In this document: positions 1-12,489 of the stretch, one piece after another | Layout: each line of letters begins with the position of its first letter | Numbering within the stretch: position 1 is the stretch's first letter | NCBI RefSeq assembly: GCF_004010195.1 | Contig: NC_057719.1 | Coordinates: forward strand, 8,816,066-8,880,065 | Source: Chiloscyllium plagiosum | Lineage: Eukaryota | DNA: 64,000 bases | Direction of reading: 5' to 3' | Translations under genes and position numbers: made by a program | The notes under the pieces: generated by a model | Database searches by the model: none | Told to the model about the DNA's origin: nothing | Seen by the model: the letters and a program-made list of their open reading frames with translations, nothing else

Positions 1-90
1 TTTCCACACAGACAGTGGCCTGAGGTTGGAGTTGAACCTGGGTCCTTGGCACTATGAGGCAGTAGTGCTAACTACTGATCCACCATGCTA
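1..90 (-). mobile_element. HE1-type SINE, 5' part (cut by window edge)
   Basis: Reverse complement of the tRNA-like head (GGTTAGCACTACTGCCTCA...GGTTCAACTCC) shared with full copies such as 26366-26670. Confidence 0.8.
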
Positions 91-224
91 CTCATGGAGG
101 AAGGCTACTCTGTCTGCAGTGTTTTAGCACTTCTGATGCAGTAAGCCATCTAAGGGTGCATCACAGGAACATAATCAAGCAGTTTCTCCATTGAGGAGCC
201 TTGTTGGGTTTCTTCTAGGGGGAA

Positions 225-500
225 GCTGATGGTTTTATCACGAGCGTGTTAATACTGAAACTCAGGTTAGGGTCAGGGCCAGCCAGACCTGGGGTCAAAT
301 TCCATCATAGCACATGGTTGAATTTAAATTCAATAAATATCTAGAATGGAGCATCTAAATGATGACCACTGGGGGACTTCTGCCATCCTTACCCGGTCTG
401 GCCTACATGTAACTCCAGACCCACAGCAAACTGGTTGACTCTTCACTGCTCTGGCCAATTAGGGATGGGCTATAAATGCTGGCCTAGCCAGCAATCCCCT
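225..500 (+). mobile_element. tRNA-like SINE 'family B' with CR1-like family-2 tail, degenerate
   Basis: GGCCTACATGTAACTCCAGACCCACAGCAA core and CAATTAGGGATGGGC...AAATGCTGGCCTAGCCAGC tail recur at about 8 loci in the window. Confidence 0.75.
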
Positions 501-1089
501 CCTCCACCCACCCCCACCACCGCGCAGCTTATAAATGAAACTGAAAAAAAAAATTAAGTTGAAAATCCAGAGGCATGAAATAACATCTCTTGACTAGTTG
601 CTTAGAAATATCTGGAAAAGGCTCTTTGGCCCATCAATTCTGTGCTGACCTATTTACACTACTCCACTTTCCAGTACTTGGCCCTTGGCTTTGAATGTTC
701 TCACATTTCATGCACTGATCCATATATTCTTAATCTTAAGAACAGCTTTGGTGAGAGAGGTTGGAAATTTCTATTTAACACGATTGAAGTTTAGTCCCCA
801 CTCTTGCAATTTGATTTGAAATGTCAGTAATATGGTACTTTTAAGTTATTTCAACACACACACACTCACACACACACACTAGGAAATTCAAGAAAATCCT
901 ATATTCTCACAAGAAGAGAGATTTTATCCAACTTCCCTTCACATTAAATGGCATGACCATTGCTCAATCTCTCATTACCAACATCTTCCAGGTTACCATT
1001 GACCAGCCACTTCACTAGACCAGCCAGGAAGAACATTCCTGGTGGTGGGTGAGTTCCAAACCAGGGATCATTGTTTATGGATAACAAGT

Positions 1090-1330
1090 CACCCTTTAGG
1101 ACTGAGATGAGAAGGAATCTTTTCACCCAGAGAGTGGGGAACCTGTGGAATTCAGTACCACAGAAAGTGGTTGAGACCAAAACATTGTGTTTTCAAGAAG
1201 GAGGTAGATATGACTCTTGTGGTTAAAAAGATTATGGGATGTGGGTGAAGGCACGATTAGGGTATTGAGCTTGATGATCAATCATGGTCACTGAAGCAGT
1301 TGAACAGCCTAACCCTATCTTATACATTTC
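1090..1330 (+). mobile_element. CR1-clade LINE 3' fragment
   Basis: GAGATGAGAAGGAATCTTTTCACCCAGAGAGTGG...TGGAATTC encodes a CR1 ORF2 C-terminal FTQRV..LWNS motif. Confidence 0.7.
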
Positions 1331-3130
1331 TACATTTCTAATTATATTCTGTGGCTGTAAGGTGGGAATTGTGCAGCAGGTAACTCATCTCCTGACTCCT
1401 CCAAATCTGTCTGCAGTCTACAAGGCACAAGGCAGGGGGGTACGGCACAGGTTCAAGTGGAAACGGATTACTGTCTGTAAAGGAAAGATATGGAGATGGT
1501 GGGGGAATGTCACTGTTATTTTGGAGAGCAGGAACGATGGGCGTAATGGCGTCCTTCTGTGAGTACAATGTGGAAGTCACAACCGTTAAGTTGAATATCA
1601 TTTCGGTTCTTCGTAAATAAGTGTGTGAGGAGAGTCAAGGAAGGTGAACTTCAGTGGGAGATGGCTGCATGGCACCAGTTGTGGACAAGCTGGGCCAGAT
1701 TCACTGTGTTTGTTCTGAAGTTCAGTGCCATGGTGGACAAAAACATGATACATTCACTGCCACCAGGGCACAACGGAGAAAGAGCACTACCTGAGGTCTT
1801 CCTGCTAAAGGTAAATGGGGTCTACTCAGTTATCAGGCTCTCTTAATGCCTCAATGCATGGAGATAAAGTCTTGCATGTGTAAGAGACATCCTTAGTTTA
1901 TTTGCATAGAGTCTGTTTGTTTGTTTCATTGATATACTGTGCAGAACCAAACTCCGTTTGTAACTATGTATGTATGCAAAGATTTTTGGTTTATGAGTAA
2001 AGCATATTTTTGAATTTAAGAAAATATGTTTTACCAGGGAGATGATGATGTAACTGGGCTCTGAGAATGTGTATTTGAGTGAACTACACATTGATATTAA
2101 CAAATTATGATATTCCTGTTCAGAATAATGAACAGCCACAAGCAAGATTATGAGGCACTTAAACAATTGAAGGTGTTGGGAGAATATCGTACATTATTTA
2201 AGAGCTTGTCAAGTCATTTGAACCCTGAGATTGCACTGCTCTCTTGATCTCCCTCCTGGATATCTATCAGATTTTGTTTTAATAATATACAATACACAAT
2301 TTTTAATTAAAATTAACTTTTAATGCTGTGGTGCTCCTGTTGTCAGTACTGATAATGTCAATGTTTGAGATATACGTGTGACAGTTCTTGTTTCGAAGCT
2401 CTATTACAGCAAGATCTTACAAGTTGTTGAATGACCTGATTCGAGTTATACTGGTACTCATGTATTCACCGCGCCCTGCCTCAAGAGAGATGTGTTGGTT
2501 ATAACTGTGGCTCAATGTAAGATCCTGTGACTGAAGATGTTTATGAACAAACTCGATTATAACCTGTAACTAGTGGACAGCCACAGTTCATCCATTTTAC
2601 TAACACCTTCCACCCCGACCTCAAATTTACCTGGACCATCTCAGATTCCTCCCTCCCCTTCCTAGACCTCTCCATTTCTATCTCGGGCGACCGACTCAAC
2701 ACAGACATTTACTACAAACCGACCGACTCCCACAGTTACCTAGATTACACCTCCTCCCACCCTGTCCCCTGTAAAAACGCCATCCCATTCTCCCAATTCC
2801 TTCGTCTCCGCCACATCTGCTCCCAGGAGGACCAATTCCACTACCGAACAACCCAAATGGCCTCCTTCTTCAAAGACCACCAATTCCCTTCCGATGTGGC
2901 CGACGAAGCTCTTCACCGCATCTCCTACACTCCCCGCACCTCTGCCCTTGAACTCCGCCCCTCCAATCGCCGCCAGGACAGAACCCCACTGGTCCTCACC
3001 TACCACCCCACCAACCTCCAGATACATCGTATCATCCTCTGTCATTTCTGCCATTTCCAAACAGGCCCCACCACCGGGGATATATTTCCCTCCACACCCC
3101 TATCAGCGTTCTGGAGAGACCACTCCCTCC

Positions 3131-3564
3131 NNNNNNNNNNNNNNNNNNNNNNNNNNNNNNNNNNNNNNNNNNNNNNNNNNNNNNNNNNNNNNNNNNNNNN
3201 NNNNNNNNNNNNNNNNNNNNNNNNNNNNNNNNNNNNNNNNNNNNNNNNNNNNNNNNNNNNNNNNNNNNNNNNNNNNNNNNNNNNNNNNNNNNNNNNNNNN
3301 NNNNNNNNNNNNNNNNNNNNNNNNNNNNNNNNNNNNNNNNNNNNNNNNNNNNNNNNNNNNNNNNNNNNNNNNNNNNNNNNNNNNNNNNNNNNNNNNNNNN
3401 NNNNNNNNNNNNNNNNNNNNNNNNNNNNNNNNNNNNNNNNNNNNNNNNNNNNNNNNNNNNNNNNNNNNNNNNNNNNNNNNNNNNNNNNNNNNNNNNNNNN
3501 NNNNNNNNNNNNNNNNNNNNNNNNNNNNNNNNNNNNNNNNNNNNNNNNNNNNNNNNNNNNNNNN
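3131..3564. other. Assembly gap (434 N) inside the PLE
   Basis: Run of N. Confidence 1.
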
Positions 3565-3610
3565 CCCCCGTACCCTTTATCTCAGCCCGCTTGGCACACC
3601 AGCCTCATTC

Positions 3611-3638
3611 CTGAAGAAAGGCTTATGCCTGAAACATC
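3611..3638 (+). ncRNA. Minimal hammerhead ribozyme motif (PLE family A)
   Basis: CUGAAGA-A-AGGC-UUAU-GCCU-GAAA-CAUC: core plus 4-bp stem II. Confidence 0.7.
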
Positions 3639-3894
3639 GATTCTCCTGCTCCTCGGATGCTACCTAGCCTGCTGTGTTTTTCCAGTACCACATTTTTCAG
3701 CTCTGGTCTCCAGCATCTGCAGTCCTCACTTTCTCTTGTCACAAATGGCAGCCAAGCATAATTGAGGAATATCAGTTCAGCCATGAACTCATGAACGGTG
3801 CAGCAGACTTGATGAGCTGAATGACCCTACTTCTACTCTGAATGGTATGGGTCCACCGAACTTGCTGCTAGACTTTCCTTTACAGGAAGAGAGA

Positions 3895-4122
3895 TCAGAT
3901 TAGATTCCCTACAGTATGGAAACAGTATAAATCCACATCGACCCTCCAAAGAGTAACTCACCAGACCCATTCCCCTACCCTATATTTACCCCTGACTTAA
4001 CAACTTAGCATGGCCAATTCACCTGACCTGCACATCTTTGGATTGTGGGAGGAAACCGGAGCACCCGGGTCCCTAGTGCTGTGAGGCAGCAGTGCTAACC
4101 ACTGAGCCAGCATACCACCCAA
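3895..4122 (-). mobile_element. HE1 SINE, internally deleted
   Basis: AGATTAGATTCCCTACAG tail and V-domain CATGGCCAATTCACCTGACCTGCACATC. Confidence 0.85.
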
Positions 4123-4155
4123 AGGATTTAAGAGGAAAGGATTTGCATTTCCTCT

Positions 4156-4418
4156 GGGCGGCACGGTGGCATAGTGACTAGCATTGCTGCCTCACAGCAC
4201 CAGAAACCCAGGTTCAATTCCCACCTCAGGTGACTCTCTGTGTGGAGTTTGCACATTCTCCCCGTGTCTACGTGGGTTTCCTCCCACAATCCAAAAATGT
4301 GCAGGTCAGGTGGATTGGTCACGCTAAATTGCCCATAGTGTTAGGGGAATGAGTCTGGGTGGGTAGGTGTGGACTTGTTGGGCTGAAGGGCTTGTTTCCA
4401 CACTGTAAGTAATCTAAT
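4156..4418 (+). mobile_element. HE1 SINE inserted into the tail of a SacSINE1-like element
   Basis: GGGCGGCACGGTGG head, box B GGTTCAATTCC, TAATCTAA tail. Confidence 0.9.
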
Positions 4419-4420
4419 TC

Positions 4421-4822
4421 TATAGCTCCTTCCAAGGGCCCACAGTGTTTTGCAACCAAGGAAGTATATTTGAAGTGCAGGCGGGGTTAGAACGCTGGCT
4501 GCCAATTGCACAGCAAGCTCCCACAAACACCGATGCGATAACGATTGGATAATCTGCTTTTGCGGTGCTGACTGAATTTTGGCCTTACCACCCAGGGTAG
4601 CTCTCCTTTGAAACAGTGACTGCAGGATGTTCAACCATAAGGGCAGGCAGGGCCCCAGCTTACCATCGCATCAGAAAGACTGCAACCCTTTAACGGTGCA
4701 ACATTCCGTCAGTAGTGGCACCGGAATGCCAGCTTTTGACTGTTATGTTCAGGCCCTAGTGTGGTGGTTGAACCCACAGGGCTCAGACACACAGGAGGAC
4801 ATGTTAAACACTGAGTCAAGCT
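4421..4822 (-). mobile_element. SacSINE1/DeuSINE-like ancient SINE
   Basis: Reverse complement contains TGTTTGTGGGAGCTTGCTGTGCAATTGGCAGCC and a tRNA-like head GCTTGACTCAGTG...GGTTCAACC. Confidence 0.7.
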
Positions 4823-4869
4823 CATACCATACTGGGACGAATGCACTCACACAGTATGAGGCCAGGAAG

Positions 4870-5400
4870 GGTGAATGGTATTATTGGTGCACCGTTAATC
4901 TAGATAACCCAGGTAATGTTCTGGGGACCTGGGTTCAAATCCTGCTACGGTGGAATTTGATATTATAGTAAATAAAATCTGGAATTAAGAGTCTAACTAT
5001 GGATGTATGACCAAATCCATTGCTGATTGGTGGAAAAATTCACTGATGTCGTCTACTGCCATCCTCACCTGGCCTGAGACAAAAATAACTGCAGATGCTG
5101 GAATCCAAAGTAGGCAGGCAGGAGGCCAGAAGAACACAGCAAGCCAGGCAGCATCAGGAGTTGGAGAAGTTGATGTTTCGGGTGTAACCCTTCTTCAGGT
5201 TACACCCGAAACGTTGACTTCTCCACCTCCTGATGCTGTCTGGTTTGGTGTGTTCTTCCAGCCTCCTGCCTGTCTATCCTTAGCTGGTCTGGCCAACATG
5301 TGACTCCAGACCCACAGCAATGTGGTTGACGCTTAACTGCCCTCTGGGCAATAAATGCTGGCCGAGTTAGCAACACACACATATCTTGTGAATGAATTAA
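4870..5400 (+). mobile_element. SINE family B interrupted by a fold-back PLE derivative
   Basis: Head at 4870-5060, resumes at 5276 with GGCCAACATGTGACTCCAGACCCACAGCAATG. Confidence 0.75.
5077..5275. mobile_element. Fold-back PLE derivative with hammerhead motif (family A variant)
   Basis: Inverted arms. Minus-strand CUGAAGA-A-GGGU-UAC-ACCC-GAAA-CAUC. Flanking repeats 5061-5076/5276-5291. Confidence 0.8.
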
Positions 5401-5594
5401 AACATAAGAAGCAGGTACACAGTACGGAAGGTAAAGTAGGTGTGCTGAATGCAGAGTTGCATGCAAGGTACACTTTAAAGGACACATTCTTTGCTAAAAT
5501 GTGGGCTCAATGCGTTTTGAAAGTGTGGCTTCCAAATTTCCAGAGCTCCAGCTGTGAAACTGCTTAATATGTAAGCTGTGCCTTATCCCACTTG

Positions 5595-6062
5595 CAGTCT
5601 GAATGCACTCAACATGGATGTCGCTGGTTGGGCCAGAATTTATTACCTGTCCCTAGTTGCCCCTTGTGAAGGTGGTGGTGAGCTGCCTTCTCGAACCGCT
5701 GCAGTCCAACTGCTGTGGGTTGTCCCACACTGCATTAGGGAGGGAATTCCAAGATTTGGATCCATTGACAGTGAAGAAACGGCGATATATTACCAAGTCA
5801 GAATGGTGAGTGGCTTGGAGGGAAAATTGCAAGTGGTGGCGTTCCCATGTATCTGCTGCCCTTGTCCTTATAGGTGGAAGTGGCTGTGGGTTTGGAAGGT
5901 GCTGCCTAAGGATCTTTGGTGAATTTCTGCAGTGCGTTTTGCAGTTAGTACACACTGTTGCGACTGAGTGGTGGAGGCAGCGGATACTTGTGGATGTTAT
6001 GTCAATCAGGCAGGCTGCTTTGTCCTGGATAGTGTCAAGCTTTTCGAGTGTGGTTGGAACTA
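5595..6062 (-). mobile_element. CR1-like LINE family 2, ORF2 C-terminus and 3' tail
   Basis: PTTLEKLDTIQDKAACLI...FFTVNGSKSWNSLP; tail shared with SINE family B. Confidence 0.8.
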
Positions 6063-6729
6063 CACCCGACAACCAATTGTCCATTCACCACTGCCTCCCC
6101 CCTCCACCATCACTACCCTCATCCCCACCTGCCTCCCCAAGACTTGCGTCTCCTTGACACTGAACATCCGCCTTTGCTGGGCTGATTCCTAGCTTCCCGA
6201 TCATTCCTTGTGCATCTGAGTGTCAGCTGCAGCAGCGACTCACCGAATCCATGGAAATGAGGTGCTACGTGAGCTACACCTCATCCTGAGGGTGCAGGGA
6301 CTATCCTGTACCTGCCAGAATTTCACAGCTCCTACCTGTAAGCTCACTGTCTAGGCATTGTGTAACGAGGCTTTTTCAAATGCTCAGTGACCTTATCAAA
6401 GAGTAATACCATCAAGATTACAATGAAAAGTCAAGCATGAAACAGTGGCTCTATCGAACACAGCCAGTGCTGCCTTTTATGTAACCCTCCCCTCTCCTGC
6501 TTTCTTCTGAAAGTATGATGTAATCCGAAGCCAGAAGGGCAGCAGAAGTACATGGTGACAAGCCCAGCTTCGAGTTCAGTAAACAAAAGATTTTAGGTCT
6601 TACACTCCATGTTCAATTGAATACGATGGATCTTTCTGGTTGAATCTGAAGCTGGTTGAAGGAACAGGAGGAAGCCATTCATCCCTTTGAGAGGGACTGA
6701 TCTACGTCTAAATTCACATCTTGGGAAGG

Positions 6730-7012
6730 AACATAGGGAATAGGAGAAGGAGTCGATCATTCGGCCCTTGATCTGCCATTCAACATGATCACGGCTGATC
6801 TTCTACCTCATTTACACCCTTATCCCTCCTTAATATTGTTAATATCTAAAATTCCATTGATCTCTGTCTTGAGGATACTCAATGATTAGGTTTCCACAAC
6901 TCTGCGGCAAAGAAGTCCAAAGACTCACCCCACTCTGAGTGAAGAAATTGCTCTTCAACTCATTTCTAAATGGTCTACACTTCTTCTGAGATTGCGTCCC
7001 TGGTTCTAAATA
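6730..7012 (-). mobile_element. CR1 LINE 3' fragment
   Basis: Encodes FRNELKSNFFTQSGVSLWTSLP, followed by the CR1 3' UTR. Confidence 0.75.
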
Positions 7013-7549
7013 CCGTGGATAACTACCTCCCCCACTCCCTCCCTCACCCCGACCACCATCCCTCAAACCTCCCCCCCCACAAACAGCCAACACCGTCCAG
7101 AACAAAGCAATTCGCTGATTTGCACCCTATCCACCATGTTAGGCATTTCATTTCTCCATCACCAGCACACAGCCGTGATAGTGTGCACCACCTAAAACTG
7201 TTCACTCGGTACCAGCTCTCCAACATAATAGTGCCTTCCAAACCTGTAGCCTCTACCAAGAGGGACAAGGTGAACAGAATGTATGGGAATACCACCAGTG
7301 CCAAAAACCTCCCTCAAGTCACGCACCAACCCAATCCACGGGTCCAACTCCATCTGAACGTTTTACCAAGGATATTCCTCCACCACTTTTACCCAAGTCA
7401 TGCTTGAGATTTCCAATCTCTACAATGTTTGAAATTCTCACTCTTTTGCTCACATCTCTAGATTGCCTCAAACCTGTCTAACCTCTACAATCTCTAACAG
7501 TTCCACAACCCTATGGGATTGCTGCATCCCTCCAAACTTGGCATCCAGA

Positions 7550-7845
7550 TGATGGCCGAATGGCATAATCACTGGACATTAATCTAGAGACCCAGGTAAT
7601 GTTCTAGACAGCTGGATTTGAATCCTGATACTTGAATTTAAAATAAAAATGGAAGTTAGAGTTTCATTTTGACCATGAAATCATTGTTAGGAAACTCTAT
7701 CTGGTTGATGAATGTCCTTAATGGGCCTACATGTGACTCCAGCCCCACAGCAATGTGGTTAACTCATAGCTGTCCTCTGGGGAGTTAGGGATGGGCAATA
7801 TATGCTTGCTTAGCCAGCGATATCCACAACCTCTGAATAAAAAAG
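7550..7845 (+). mobile_element. SINE family B
   Basis: GGCCTACATGTGACTCCAG core and TAGGGATGGGCAATA tail. Confidence 0.75.
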
Positions 7846-7954
7846 ACCTCATTCCTGAACCAGAATCTTTATCAATTCTACCTGCACTGTACCACCATTC
7901 AATGGATTGCATAATCTCACCATTTTATCTTCCATTGAGTCTAACATTGCACTT

Positions 7955-8527
7955 AGAATATAGAACCTAGAACAGTACCGAACAGGAATGGTCCCTTCGG
8001 CCCACGATGTTCTGCTAAATATGACACCAAATTAAACTAATCCATTCTGCCTGTTCTCCATTCCTTGCATATTCATGTGCTTATCTAAAAGTCCCTTAAA
8101 AGTCCCCAGTCACTGGCAGTGCCACTATTTGTGGTCACCACCTTTATCTATTCCAAGAAGCGATCTTATGTGCCTTCACCATTCCCCCTGGCAGCACACT
8201 CCAGACTCTTATCACTCTCTGTGTAAAAAGACCTGCCCCTCATATCTCCTTTGAACTTTTCCCTCTCTCACCTTAAATGCAGACCCCCTAGTTTTAGATA
8301 TTTCAACTCTGAGAAAGAGATTCTGACCGTCAACCCTATCTGTGCATCTTATAATTTTATAGATGCCTATCAAGTCTCCCCTCAGTCTCTGCTGCTCCAG
8401 AGAAAACAACCTGAGTTTTTCTTGCCTCTCCTTATAGCTCATACCTTCTGATCCAGGCAGTATCCTGGTAAACCTCTTATGCACCCTCTCCAAAGCCTTT
8501 GTGTAGTGTGGCGACCAGAATTGAACT
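7955..8527 (-). mobile_element. CR1/HER1-related LINE 3' fragment
   Basis: LERVHKRFTRILPG...LFSLEQQRLRGDLI..YKI. Confidence 0.85.
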
Positions 8528-9819
8528 CTATGGGTGGCCGAAGGTAAGCCTTATGGCATTTTTCTGCTATTAAATTTCACCTGGTACTGTTGTGCCCAGT
8601 TACAGTGTTACAAAGGTCATACTGGCCTTGGTTATATTATGTGTGTTTCAGCAGACGAACTATGAGCGAGTTTAGCCAGCCAGTGAAACTTGCACTTTAT
8701 GACAGAGAACAGCCGATCCAATTTGAAAACTCTTAGAGGTCTCTTAGATTGGACTCATTCATCCTCAGCTGGGGAGAAGCCCTGGTTCCTTCAGCTCATG
8801 TTTTTTTTAGGGCCTGCCTTCAGGAGTGCAAGTTCCGAAAGATCAATAGAGTGAGCGCATCTTGCAATTACTTGCTCAGCCATTCTCCAGGCTGGAAGTG
8901 AAGTCTGGCCTTCTTTAAAGGGACCAGATAATCAGCCTCAAGAGCTATCCATCATCTGACATCTGGTAATGGATCCCATCAAAACAGACTCATTTATTTT
9001 TTTTGTTAACCCGCATCGATAGATTGCATATCAAGGCCAATCTATTTGCAGCGTTGCCTTGGAAACTATATTCCTCACTCGCTCTGAAGTGATATAGAGC
9101 ACACACAGAGGCTGAAAGTGATTCTTCCTCCTCTGGATTTGGAATGTTGTCCTTTTGCCATGCTCCCTAGTCACTGTCGGTGCCACCATTATTGGTTGCC
9201 ACCTTTATTTATTCGATACAGCACACTGGCTTCTCAGCTCACTCTGGAGCGACAAAAGTGAGTTTTCGCCATAAAGGCGGACAGCCCAAAAGGAGGCCAT
9301 TTGGCCCACCCAACGTGTGTGAGTTCTTTCAAGTAGTCATGCACTTTTTCCTCTAATAGGAGATAAGATGCAAATTGTTGACATTGTGCCTTCCATGCTG
9401 GATTTGTGAATATGCCTTTAGATAAGCCCGTGAATATGCAACGAATGGAGGGATAAGGACAAAGGACAGGGAGAAGGGTTTAGTTTAATTTGGCGTCATG
9501 TTCAGCACATCATTGTGGGCTGAAGGACCCATTCCTGTGCTGTACTGCTCTATATTCTACGTTTTAAGAGCAATGTTAGATAAAATGGCAGATCTGAAAA
9601 TGGGCAAGAAATGCAGCCTTGCTTGCAACAGCATTGCTGACAGGACAAATCACAAAAAACTGGAACTCAATTATAGGCTCAAACAGCACAAAGGGAGGAA
9701 CTTATTTGGTCCATTTTATCTATACCAGCTCTTCAAAACAACTATTCAATTGACATCACTCTTCTGCATTTTCCCCATAGCCCTGCAAGCATTTCCCCTT
9801 CACATTGGGTGGTTTTGCT

Positions 9820-10720
9820 AATACATGGCACCAATCAGACCATAGCTGGAATACTATGAACAGTTTTTAATCGCTTAATCTAAGGAAAGATACAGAGATG
9901 TTGGAGACAGTCCAGAGAAAGCTCAATAGGTGATACCAGGTATGGAGGGACTGTGTTATGACAGAGGCTGAGTAGATTTAGATTAGATTAGATTACTTAC
10001 AGCGTGGAAACAGGCCCTTCGGCCCAACAAGCCCACACCGACCCTCCGAAGAGTAACCCACCCAGACCCATCCCCTACATTTACACCTTCACCTAACACT
10101 ACAGGCAATTTAGCATGGCCAATTCACCTGACCTGCACATTTTTGGACTGTGGGAGGAAATCAGAGCACCTGGAGGAGATATCCCCACACAGACACGGGG
10201 AGAATGTGCAAACTCCACACAGACAGTTGCCTGAGGTGGGAATTGAACCCGGATCTCTGGCGCTGTGAGGCAGCAGTGCTGACCACTGTGCTACTGTGCC
10301 ACCCAAAGTGCATGTTGGGCCTGCACTACCTGGAATTTAGAAGACTGAGATGCGACCTCATGAAACATAGAAGATTCTTAGGGGTCTTGACAGGGTAGAT
10401 GAGGAAAGGTTTCCCTTTGTGTGGGAGTCGACAACTGGAGGGCATTATCTCAGAATAAGGGGTTGCTCATTTAAGACAGAAATGAGGAGGAATTCCTTCT
10501 CTCAGGAGGAGTGAATCTTTACCACAGAGGGCTATTGAAGTTGGGTCATTAGGAATATTCAATGCCGAGGTAGACCGATCTTCAATCAGCAAGGGAATTA
10601 AAGTTTATGAAGAAAAGTCCAGAAAGTGGTTTCTCGGATCATCCATGATCCCATTGAATAGCAGATCAAACTCAAAGGGCAGAATGGCCTACTTCTGCTT
10701 CTGGACGTTATGGTGTTATG
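9820..10720 (+). mobile_element. CR1 LINE 3' fragment interrupted by HE1 SINE
   Basis: LGLHYLEFRRLRCDL; CR1 3' UTR at 10640-10715. Confidence 0.8.
9975..10304 (-). mobile_element. HE1 SINE, full length
   Basis: (AGATT)n tail, V-domain and tRNA-like head. Confidence 0.9.
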
Positions 10721-10879
10721 ATCAGCTCAGCTCAGCTCAGTTAAATACTTACCAAGTTCCCTTTCGAACGTCTTCTGTGAATCCTAACTCACGCTCTAAC
10801 TCGTAGCATGTCCTGTGCCCCTATGATCCTCGTGCTCATTGACATCTGCTGGTTCACAGGCAATGCATTAAGAAAATTG

Positions 10880-11220
10880 TTTTCAAATCCCTCCATGTCT
10901 CTGTGATCGCCTTCAACCATACTTCCCTCAGTGATCCCTGTGCTCCTCTAAATCTGGCCTCTTGAGTATCTCTGATCACTCCACTCCCAACGTTACTTTC
11001 AGCTGCTGAGACCTCATGCTCTGGAATTCTTTCCCTCCACCTTGTCATCTTTTGAATTCCCTTTCCTTCTTTAAGAACCTCCTTAAAACCTCTTGGATCA
11101 AGTTTGGGTATCATTTGATCTTCCTGCTGTTGCACTTTGTTTTGCAGTGATGGCCTCTGGGATGCCTTGAGAGGCTTTATTTATGACATTAGAACTGCTA
11201 CACTGATGTGAGTTGCTGTC
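10880..11220 (+). mobile_element. L2-like LINE 3' fragment
   Basis: TTTTCAAATCCCTCCATG...CTCTGGAATTC...CTCCTTAAAACCT (FKSLH...LWNS..LLKT); similar remnants at 7390-7545, 42960-43230 and 59660-59860. Confidence 0.6.
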
Positions 11221-11884
11221 AATTTAGCAGGCAATTATGGAAGAGGAGTAGTAGATTCACAGAATATGTGTGCAAAAGCCCTTTATGCTAAAGTCTCAAC
11301 CATAACACACCACAGGAAGCTGACATAAGCTGGCTGCAAGAAGCAAAGTACTTCTTACTTAATTTGGGGGAGGATTTGGGCTAGTCTCAGACTCACAGAG
11401 TCATACAGATCCTTCGGTCCAGCCAAACTAAACTAGTCCCACCTGCCTGCACAGCACTATGGTCTGGTAAAATGATGGCAGCTTTGCCTTTGGAGATAGG
11501 GCTGCACAGTTGTAGGAAGAATTTTATTAAACTGGAGAGAGTTCAGAAAAGATTTACTGGGATGTTGCCATGAATCGAGGGTTTGAGATATAAGAATAGA
11601 TTGGAAGGGCTGAGAATTGTTTCACTGGAGCACCAGATTTGGTAGGCTGTACTTCATATGTAAGAGTCAGTACTTAGGCCTCAATAGTATACACAATCAT
11701 CAATGACTGAAATGGTGGGAGCAGGTAGAATTAGCCCAGGATTTTAAATAATGCAAAGCTAAGTATGGAGATAAGCTGCATCGAAGGTGCAAAGGAGCTG
11801 CAAGGAATGGTGAAAGGGTCAAGGGATTAGGCATGAACTTGGCAGGTGGAGTATAATGTGACAAATGGTGACTGCTTAAGCGAC

Positions 11885-12012
11885 AAAACGAACCCCAAAG
11901 AACTGCAGATGCTGGAAATCGGAAACAAGAACAGAAATTGCTGGGAAACCTCAGCATCTGTGGAGAGAAAGCAGAGGTAATGGTTCGGGCTCAGTGAGCC
12001 TTCTTCAGAACT
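11885..12012 (-). mobile_element. PLE-derived short element, family B hammerhead (degenerate)
   Basis: Minus strand CUGAAGA-AGGCUCACUGAGCCC-GAAC-CAUUA, followed by the CCAGCATCTGCAGTTC tail. Confidence 0.65.
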
Positions 12013-12489
12013 CTTCCTTCACATCATTTACACGGTGGCGGTGTAAGCAGCACTTCGTGCCTTCACCAATTGTTCCTGAAGAAGTAGTGCAGAACCACCT
12101 TTTCTGGAATTCAACAAAATAATTTGTTGGACAATTGCAGAGGTTAATTAATACTCTGTGTGCCTACAGTCACATATAAACCAGGCTGAGAAAGGAAGGC
12201 AGGTTCTTTCTTCTGAAGCACATTATGGATTAATGGTTTTTACGAAAAAACAAACCTGGCAGTTGTGATAACTTCCCCTGACCTTTTCAAATCTCTATTT
12301 ATTTAATTTATTTAAATCCCCAGATGCTGGGGTGATCTCACCTGCTTAAATCACAAACCTAGACATCTAGATAATTAGTCTAGACATATAAACGCTAGGC
12401 TATATGCCATAACCAGGTTGGTAGGAAAAGAGAAATATTTTTGAAACAACGAGGAATTCCAAAATGTTGGTATTTACAGGGACCTGAGA

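Larger units (their letters stand above)
2584..3737 (+). mobile_element. Penelope-like element (PLE), 5'-truncated: RT C-terminus/linker, assembly gap, then 3' end with hammerhead motif
   Basis: Open frame 2584-3130 reads QFIHFTNTFHPDLKFTW...LPFLDL...DIYYKPTDSHSYLDYTSSHP...IPFSQFLRLRHICS...PLVLTYHP, typical PLE RT motifs. The 3' end matches the short fold-back elements. Confidence 0.9.

Noticed and set aside
2857..3765. 302-aa and 257-aa ORFs
   Set aside because: Length inflated by the N gap; the real part is PLE protein
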